From positions 3,854,984-3,918,983 of the forward strand of contig CAXXEA010000003.1 of assembly GCA_963674885.2 (NCBI GenBank): 64,000 bases of DNA, read 5' to 3'. Shown here in pieces: positions 57,692-64,000 of the stretch. The stretch's first letter is position 1; every line of letters begins with the position of its first letter. The position numbers were made by a program, and so were the translations under genes. The notes below the pieces were generated by a model that saw only the letters and a program-made list of their open reading frames with translations, did not search any database and was not told where the DNA came from. The DNA is from Desulfobacterales bacterium. GTDB taxonomy: Bacteria; Desulfobacterota; Desulfobacteria; Desulfobacterales; UBA5852.

Positions 57692-58043
57692 TAACTGGCA
57701 CAGCCGAACAGTCCCCCGGGTTCCTTTCCAGGGACATCATATGAGCGCACCATATCGCGCATGATGATCAATTGGCGGTTTTTAGCTTTATTTACTTGCA
57801 AAACACGCCCGGTGGGCTATATATTTCCGAATTAATTTAGAACCCAATAACTGATTTGGAAACGTCCAGGAAACATACGGTATTTAAAGTGATTACATCA
57901 TGTTGACATATGAAGAATGGCTCACGCTTTCCCGACCCAGCCCGAATTCTATCGTTATTGCCACTTCCGGTGACGCCCGCCTGAACATGGCCTCCGGGCA
58001 AACACGCGGGCCGCGCATCGAACCACAATCCACCAAACGATAA

Positions 58044-59261
58044 ATGCTTACTCAAATCGCGATTCTGATCATTTTGCTGTTTCTTTCCGGTTTTTTTTCT
58101 TCTGCTGAAACGTCTCTTTTTTCCATCAGCCAAACCAAAGCACGCCATCTGGCCAAAAGCGGCGGCCTCGCCGGCACTCTGATAAGCCGGATGAAAGAGG
58201 ATCCCCACCGCCTTCTGACAACCATTCTGATTGGCAACAATGTGGTCAATGTCGGGGCGGCATCCCTGGCGACATCCCTGGCCATCGGCACGTTTCCCGG
58301 CTATGCGGTGGGAATCGCCACCGGCATCATGACGTTTCTGATTCTGGTATTCGGCGAGGTTTTCCCCAAATCGATCGCCACCCGCAACAATATCCTCATT
58401 GCCCGCATCGCCATTTACCCGATCTACTGGCTCTCGATCCTCTTTTTCCCAGTGCTGATTTTTCTGAACTTCATTCCGTATTTAACCGGCAAGATAAAAA
58501 AATCACCCCGGGTAACTGAAGAAGAACTGATGACGATTGTCGAAGCGGTTGAAGAAGAGGGACAGATCAAGGAAGAAGAAAAAGAACTGATTCACAACAT
58601 TTTTGAATTCGACGACACCAATGCCTCCGAAATTATGACGCCACGCGGCGATATGTTTGTCATCGATGCCGACGAACCTCTGGATTTGAAAGCCATCCTG
58701 GCTTCAGGCTACACCCGTATTCCAGTGTTCAAAGACGACATCGACCATATTATCGGCATCATCAATCTCAAGGACCTTTACTACAACTCCGTTACGTCTG
58801 ATCAACCGATCGATGTCCATAAAATTATGCGTCCGCCCTATTTTGTGCCGGAGCACAAAAAACTCGACAAATTGCTCCAGCAGTTTAAAAAACGGCGCAA
58901 TCACATGGCGGTCGTTGTGGACGAACACGGCGGTGTGTCCGGTTTGATTACCCTTGAAGATGCCCTGGAAGAAATTGTGGGGGATATATCGGACGAAACC
59001 GATAAAGAGGAACAGCACATCATCAATACCCAACCCAAGGAGTGGGTTGTGCTGGGAAAAACGGATATCGACGAAGTCAATCACGAGATTCCCATGAGAA
59101 TTCCCGATTCCAAGGAATACGATACGTTTTCAGGTTATATCCTCTATAAGATCGGACGCATTCCCCAGGAAAAAGAAGAAATTATCATCGATGACTTTCG
59201 TATCACGGTAAAAGAGGTGGACGGCGTCCGCATCAAAAAATATGTTCTTCGCCAAGTGTGA
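58044..59261 (+). CDS. CNNM/DUF21-CBS-CorC_HlyC family transporter (TlyC/CorC-like)
   Basis: 405 aa. N-terminal DUF21 TM domain (FFSSAETSLFS), a CBS pair, and a C-terminal CorC/HlyC domain. Confidence 0.9.
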   Translation: MLTQIAILIILLFLSGFFSSAETSLFSISQTKARHLAKSGGLAGTLISRMKEDPHRLLTTILIGNNVVNVGAASLATSLAIGTFPGYAVGIATGIMTFLILVFGEVFPKSIATRNNILIARIAIYPIYWLSILFFPVLIFLNFIPYLTGKIKKSPRVTEEELMTIVEAVEEEGQIKEEEKELIHNIFEFDDTNASEIMTPRGDMFVIDADEPLDLKAILASGYTRIPVFKDDIDHIIGIINLKDLYYNSVTSDQPIDVHKIMRPPYFVPEHKKLDKLLQQFKKRRNHMAVVVDEHGGVSGLITLEDALEEIVGDISDETDKEEQHIINTQPKEWVVLGKTDIDEVNHEIPMRIPDSKEYDTFSGYILYKIGRIPQEKEEIIIDDFRITVKEVDGVRIKKYVLRQV

Positions 59262-59407
59262 TGAATTCTATCCTCATTGTTATCACCGAGCCATCTTTGG
59301 TGCATTCGCACCTGCCGGTCACCGCAAAACGCCGCCACCCCTTCCAATCGCCTTTCCAAGCAGGGTTGCCATCACCCATCGGGCGTTAAACCACAGCAGC
59401 TTTTATA

Positions 59408-59577
59408 GAAGCTATCTCAAAATTAGGATTTTCGTTCGAGATCAAGGCGTGACCGAAAATCAGACGCATAGGCGCCCCGAAGGAAGTGCCCTTGGGGTAC
59501 ATACATTGGTATGTCGAGGAGTTGAGACGAGGGCACAACGCCGATATCGGGCGAAAAGACTTTTTTGAGACAGCTTC
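59408..59577. repeat. Long imperfect palindrome element, copy B2 (170 nt, TA-flanked)
   Basis: GAAGCTATCTCAAAATTAGGATTTTCGTTCGAGATCAAGGCG ... CGCCGATATCGGGCGAAAAGACTTTTTTGAGACAGCTTC. TA lies at 59406-07 and 59578-79. Its last nt is part of the efp stop codon. Confidence 0.85.
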
Positions 59578-60140
59578 TAATCTTTGACCCGCTCTACATA
59601 TTGCCCCGTGCGTGTGTCGATGCGGATTTTCTCCCCTTCCTCCACAAAAGGCGGCACCTGCAGCTCATAGCCGGTTTCCAGGGTTGCCGGTTTGGTGTCG
59701 CCCGAAGCGGTATCCCCTTTTACCCATGGATCCGCTTTAACGATGCGCAGGTCGATAAAAATCGGCAACGTCAATCCGATCGGTCGCCCGTTAAACAGCA
59801 GGACGCTGCAAACCGTATTCTCCTTGATCAACGCTTGCGCTTCGCCAACCTGTTCGCCGGAAAGAAATTCCTGATCGTAGGTGGTGGTGTTCATGAAACA
59901 ATAATTTTCCCCATCCTGGTATAGGTATTCCATTTCCACTTCTTCCAGGCGAGCCGGTTCGACTTTGTCCCCGGAACGATAGGTCTTGTCGAACTGAGTG
60001 CCGGTGACCATATTTTTCAATTTACATTTGTAGAGTGCCTGGCCTTTGCCCGGCTTGACAAATTCAAATTGGGTAATGATGTAAGGATCGCCATCGATCT
60101 CAATTTTCAGGCCTTTTTTCAGTGATCCAGCGTCTATCAT
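59577..60140 (-). CDS. efp: Elongation factor P
   Basis: 187 aa with GDPYIITQFEFVKPGKGQALYKCKLKN and the C-terminal TGYELQVPPFVEEGEKIRIDTRTGQY. Confidence 0.95.
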   Translation of the reverse strand: MIDAGSLKKGLKIEIDGDPYIITQFEFVKPGKGQALYKCKLKNMVTGTQFDKTYRSGDKVEPARLEEVEMEYLYQDGENYCFMNTTTYDQEFLSGEQVGEAQALIKENTVCSVLLFNGRPIGLTLPIFIDLRIVKADPWVKGDTASGDTKPATLETGYELQVPPFVEEGEKIRIDTRTGQYVERVKD

Positions 60141-60193
60141 GGTGGTTCCTCCGTTGGTAAACCCGGTTAAGGGTCACCGCACACTAGTGTTTT

Positions 60194-61036
60194 TCATGAA
60201 TGACTGTGCCCCTCAAGGGAGTCGCTATCGAGGGTGTCCGGCAGCGTCGCGGCCGCTCGCCGGGTTTCTTCAACAAAACGCCGCAGGCGTTCGATATCTT
60301 TTTGGAATCGAATGGGTCGCCCCTGGGCGTCCAGGCGATTGGTGCAGGTACAACTGTCGACGCCGGCCGGTTTGACAAAGCGAATGCCGTCGTAAACATT
60401 TTCCGGCGACAGCCCGCCAGCCAAAATGACCGGTATGGCCGATCGCGCCACCAGTTCCCTTGCCGTTTCCCAGTGACACGTTTGGCCGGTGATGCCGACG
60501 AACCCTTCAACGGGCTGTGATGAAAGATTTCCACCAGTGGCTAAAACCGTATCGGTCAGAAAATAGTCACTGACCCCCTCAAACATCTCGGCCAGTGGCA
60601 GGGTGGCCATGTCAGCATGCGACGCAAGACGTCCGATCGGAATGGATCGCATGATCGCAAGGCCCGGGTATCGCCTGCGAATCTCTCGCTGCAGGGCGAT
60701 CAAGCGCTGACAAACCTGGATGCCGGCAGATTCCAGTGACAGCATTTCGCAAAAATGAACGATGTCCGGGCGGTAATAATCCAGCGTCTCAAATACGGTC
60801 TCGGGATCGTTGAACAACGGTATCAGCGAACTTTTTTTTCCACATTTTTGAACCGTCTGCACGGTTTCACAAAGAACGGGCTGCTGCCATTCCGCCGCTG
60901 ACAACACAACGCTCCCGATATGATCCACCCCGAGTGCGCAAATCGGTGCCACGTCACCAGGGTTCTGAATTTCGTAAATCTGTGTAATCACGTGTAAGGA
61001 CTTCCCCGTCGGAGCGCTGCAGAATGGCAGTGTCAC
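60194..61036 (-). CDS. Phosphoribosylanthranilate isomerase (TrpF)-like TIM-barrel protein
   Basis: 280 aa. The C-terminal ILAGGLSPENVYDGIRFVKPAGVDSCT and the preceding GITGQTCHWE resemble PRAI motifs. No other trp genes are nearby. Confidence 0.5.
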   Translation of the reverse strand: MTLPFCSAPTGKSLHVITQIYEIQNPGDVAPICALGVDHIGSVVLSAAEWQQPVLCETVQTVQKCGKKSSLIPLFNDPETVFETLDYYRPDIVHFCEMLSLESAGIQVCQRLIALQREIRRRYPGLAIMRSIPIGRLASHADMATLPLAEMFEGVSDYFLTDTVLATGGNLSSQPVEGFVGITGQTCHWETARELVARSAIPVILAGGLSPENVYDGIRFVKPAGVDSCTCTNRLDAQGRPIRFQKDIERLRRFVEETRRAAATLPDTLDSDSLEGHSHS

Positions 61037-61220
61037 GCGATCGAAAGGTCATCGTGGGGCGCGCTCGGACGGCCGCAACCCTATAATTCGGTTGACTTTT
61101 GGAGCGGTCTCTAACATATTCAGCCTGAATTCGCAAACCGGTCAAACACCCGCTCGACCGGTTGCCGACATGGCCTAACCCGATGGCGCCTCACTGAAGC
61201 GCCTTTTTTTAGAGGTAGAC

Positions 61221-62750
61221 ATGATCCTGATCATTGATTTCGGTTCCCAGTTCAATCAACTCATTGCCCGCCGCGTCCGAGAGTGTCGGGTTTACTGCCA
61301 AATCGAACCGCCCACGATCACTTGCGAACAGGTCAAGGCCCTGAACCCCGAGGGTATCATCCTGTCCGGCGGCCCCTCCAGCATTTATGAGCCGCGCAGC
61401 CCCAAAATCGATCCCGCCATCCTCGATCTCGGCATACCCGTTCTGGGGATCTGCTACGGTTTGCAATACATGGTTCACGTATTGGGAGGGACCGTTGCCC
61501 GCTCCGCCAAAAGAGAATACGGCTTTGCCGAATTCACCATAAAAAAAGATGACGGCCTATTTACCGGCCTTTCCGCCCAGACCACCTGCTGGATGAGTCA
61601 CGGGGACGCCATCACCAAACTGCCGAAGGGCTTTCATATTACCGGTTCGACTGAGAATACACGCATTGCCGCGGCCAGCGATCCCCGTCGTAAACTCTTC
61701 GGGTTGCAGTTCCACCCGGAAGTCGAGCACACGCCCCGTGGCAAAAAGATGATCCGCAATTTTCTTGCCGATATTTGCGGTTGTCGCATGTCCTGGAACA
61801 TGACGTCTTTTGCCAATCAGACGATTGCGGAAATTCGCAACCGCGTCGGCGACAAAAAAGTTATTCTGGGGCTGAGTGGCGGCGTCGATTCCTCGGTGGC
61901 CGCCCTCCTGATCCATCGGGCTATCGGGAAGAACCTGACCTGTATTTTCGTGGACAACGGTTTACTGCGAAAAGATGAGGCACAGAAACTAAAAGCCGTA
62001 TTCAAGCAGAATCTCGATATCAACATCCGATTTGTAAAAGCTTCCGGCCATTTTCTCAAAGCGCTCAAAGATGTCCAGGACCCCGAGCGCAAACGAAAAA
62101 TCATCGGCAAGATCTTTATGGATGTGTTTGAAGCCGAAGCCAAAAAAATCAAAAACGCTGAATTTCTGGCGCAGGGAACGCTGTACCCCGACATCATTGA
62201 ATCCCAGAGTGCCTTTGGTGGGCCCACATCGGTCATCAAATCCCACCACAACGTGGGCGGACTGCCCAAAAAAATGAAGCTCAAGCTGGTTGAACCGTTG
62301 AAATTTCTTTTCAAGGACGAAGTCCGTAAACTTGGCAAAACCTTGGGCCTGCCGGAAGAAATGAACTGGCGCCAGCCCTTCCCGGGACCCGGCCTGGCCA
62401 TCCGCATTATCGGGGCCGTCACCCCGAAACGCTTGAAAATTTTACGGGAAGTGGACGATCTTCTCATGGCGGAAATCAAAGCGGCCGGCTACTATAAAAA
62501 ACTCTGGCAATCGTTTGCCGTGTTGCTGCCTCTTAAAAGTGTAGGGGTTATGGGAGACAAACGGACCTATGAGAACATCGTTGCCATTCGGGCCGTCACC
62601 AGCAAAGATGCCATGACGGCGGATTGGGCCCGGCTGCCGCACAAATTACTCAACCGCATATCCAACCGCATTATCAACGAGGTCGATGGGGTCAACCGGG
62701 TCGTTTACGATATCAGCTCCAAACCTCCCGGCACCATCGAGTGGGAATAG
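61221..62750 (+). CDS. guaA: Glutamine-hydrolysing GMP synthase
   Basis: 509 aa. GATase (ILGICYGLQ), ATP-PPase P-loop (GLSGGVDSSV) and the C-terminal PPGTIEWE. Confidence 0.95.
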   Translation: MILIIDFGSQFNQLIARRVRECRVYCQIEPPTITCEQVKALNPEGIILSGGPSSIYEPRSPKIDPAILDLGIPVLGICYGLQYMVHVLGGTVARSAKREYGFAEFTIKKDDGLFTGLSAQTTCWMSHGDAITKLPKGFHITGSTENTRIAAASDPRRKLFGLQFHPEVEHTPRGKKMIRNFLADICGCRMSWNMTSFANQTIAEIRNRVGDKKVILGLSGGVDSSVAALLIHRAIGKNLTCIFVDNGLLRKDEAQKLKAVFKQNLDINIRFVKASGHFLKALKDVQDPERKRKIIGKIFMDVFEAEAKKIKNAEFLAQGTLYPDIIESQSAFGGPTSVIKSHHNVGGLPKKMKLKLVEPLKFLFKDEVRKLGKTLGLPEEMNWRQPFPGPGLAIRIIGAVTPKRLKILREVDDLLMAEIKAAGYYKKLWQSFAVLLPLKSVGVMGDKRTYENIVAIRAVTSKDAMTADWARLPHKLLNRISNRIINEVDGVNRVVYDISSKPPGTIEWE

Positions 62751-62753
62751 ACC

Positions 62754-63602
62754 ATGAGCAATAAAGATACCGACAGTTTTCGATTGGGAACCTTCGAGGA
62801 TTCGAAGGAAATCCTGCCGACCGAAGACAACGAGATTGTCGACCTGCAGATCAAGGCATTGAACCGGCGTTTCCGGTGGCTCCTGGTCGTCTTGATCCTG
62901 GTCGTCGGTGGGCTGTTTGCCGCCGGTTATATTGATCTGACAAATCGGTTTTCAGTTCAAAAAACCAGCGGCATTCGTGAAATTCACAACATTTCCGCTA
63001 TTCTTGAGGATCGCCTGAACGAATTGCAGAAGCGCTTGGACGACTTTGACACAAAGATCGCGGAAGAAACGGCCGCCCTGGACCAAAAAACCGTCGTCCT
63101 GCAAAAGGATTTGGCCGCCCTCCGACAACGGTTGGAAGCACTTGATTTATCCGGTGCCGTAAAGAAAGAACAACAGGCCTTTCTGCAAACCGTGCGGAAA
63201 GATCTTGAGCCGCTGGATCAAAAAATGGCGTCCATTCAGTCCGATTTGGCAGGCGTCGAAAAGAAGCTGTCGGCCCAACTGGCGCCGCTCGCCACTGGAC
63301 TGACGCAAAATGCACAAGCCATCGAAACACTCCAGGCGCGCTTTGGTCCGGCTTCGGGCGAATTGGTGAACAAGGACCAGATGGATCTCGAACTGCTCAA
63401 GATCAAGAAAGCCTATCGCCAAAATTTGGCCGCTGAAATTTCGGGACTGGAAAAGCAGATCAGGCTTCTGGTCGAGCGGCTGGAACGGCTTGAAATCTCA
63501 CCGCCCGCCGGCACCTCGCGGCAGACGCCTTCCGGTGCGCCCCAAACCGGATCGAATACACCCGCCGGGAATGCCGGCATACAGGAGCAGAATCTTCCCT
63601 GA
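62754..63602 (+). CDS. Membrane-anchored coiled-coil protein, hypothetical
   Basis: 282 aa with one TM helix (WLLVVLILVVGGLFAAGYI), then heptad-rich sequence and a P/T/G-rich tail. Confidence 0.5.
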   Translation: MSNKDTDSFRLGTFEDSKEILPTEDNEIVDLQIKALNRRFRWLLVVLILVVGGLFAAGYIDLTNRFSVQKTSGIREIHNISAILEDRLNELQKRLDDFDTKIAEETAALDQKTVVLQKDLAALRQRLEALDLSGAVKKEQQAFLQTVRKDLEPLDQKMASIQSDLAGVEKKLSAQLAPLATGLTQNAQAIETLQARFGPASGELVNKDQMDLELLKIKKAYRQNLAAEISGLEKQIRLLVERLERLEISPPAGTSRQTPSGAPQTGSNTPAGNAGIQEQNLP

Positions 63603-64000
63603 ATGGACCGAGACCATCTCAACACGCTTTTAAACGCCGTTGCCCGTCATCAGTTGTCCGTTGACGATGCAACCGAGCAGTTGTCACGTCTGAGCTACGA
63701 AGATGTTTCGTTTGCGCACATCGATCACCATCGCTCGCTGCGCAAAGGCTTCCCGGAAGTCATTTATGGCGAGGGCAAAACCGTTCAGCAGATTACCACG
63801 CTTTTGGAACGCATGATGGGGCAGGAAAGCGTGGTGTTGGTCACACGGATTTCGCCCGAAAAAGCGAAACCGATCATGCGCGCGATCCCCGATTGCCGCT
63901 ATGACGAAGACGCCCGCATGATCATGTGGGGGCAGCCGTCATCCAAAACCGCGGTGCGAGGTGCCATCCTGGTCGTTTCGGCAGGCACATCCGATATTCC
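63603..64000 (+). CDS. LarB/PurE-related (NCAIR mutase-like) protein, 3'-partial at the window end
   Basis: The ATG directly follows the TGA at 63600-63602, and the frame stays open to the window end. Sequence: MDRDHLNTLLNAVARHQLSVDDATEQL ... HIDHHRSLRKGFPEVIYGEGKT ... ILVVSAGTSDI. Confidence 0.65.
   Translation, partial: MDRDHLNTLLNAVARHQLSVDDATEQLSRLSYEDVSFAHIDHHRSLRKGFPEVIYGEGKTVQQITTLLERMMGQESVVLVTRISPEKAKPIMRAIPDCRYDEDARMIMWGQPSSKTAVRGAILVVSAGTSDI

Noticed and set aside
57692-58043. Leader upstream of the CNNM/CorC-like transporter, checked for an Mg/Mn-type riboswitch
   Set aside because: No M-box or yybP-ykoY-like conserved segments were recognisable by eye. An Infernal/Rfam scan would be needed to decide.

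Overview
This 64 kb window looks like a bacterial chromosomal segment. Most of it is about 50-55% GC by eye. The protein families suggest a Desulfobacterota (deltaproteobacterium-like) host, but that is a guess. Nearly all genes from 0 to 51.7 kb lie on the minus strand. No rRNA, tRNA or CRISPR array was recognised.

Gene content in order:
- 0.2-5.2 kb: a GrpE-like gene followed by a lid-less Hsp70 gene, then a divergent EF-G paralog.
- 5.3-10.7 kb: the conserved xseA-xseB-ispA-dxs-tlyA block.
- 12.2-42.6 kb: a long surface-polysaccharide locus, from glmM to a WbpB/D/E-like module.
- 44.8-49.4 kb: an aromatic amino acid block (aroA, aroC, aminotransferase, prephenate dehydrogenase).
- 49.8-51.7 kb: a VOC-family protein and manA.
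- 51.8-55.2 kb: a Ser/Thr kinase, PP2C phosphatase and double-FHA signalling module.
- 55.4-64.0 kb: a glycosyltransferase-like/HAD pair, a CNNM-CBS transporter, efp, a TrpF-like protein, guaA, a coiled-coil protein and a partial LarB-like gene.

The polysaccharide locus contains a CapD/PglF-type dehydratase, a WecA/WbpL-type initiating transferase, a PIG-L deacetylase, a GNAT, an SDR epimerase, about nine glycosyltransferases, a methyltransferase, a sulfotransferase and a Wzx flippase.

Most notable observations:
1. A family of 124-170 nt long imperfect palindromes occurs in five intergenic copies. The four full-length copies are TA-flanked, two of them regenerate the stop codons of glmM and efp, and the arm changes between subfamilies are compensatory.
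2. A ~10 kb island of about 30% GC sits inside the polysaccharide locus. Its left junction falls inside a glycosyltransferase gene and its right side carries decayed transposase remnants.
3. The island encodes an ABC-exporter-like protein in which every ATPase motif appears degenerate.
4. A secreted FN3 protein contains a near-perfect 3 x 324 bp in-frame tandem repeat.
5. Several intergenic spacers are built from CGTGA/CATGAAG-type short tandem repeats.

All homology calls are by-eye motif recognition. No database search was run.
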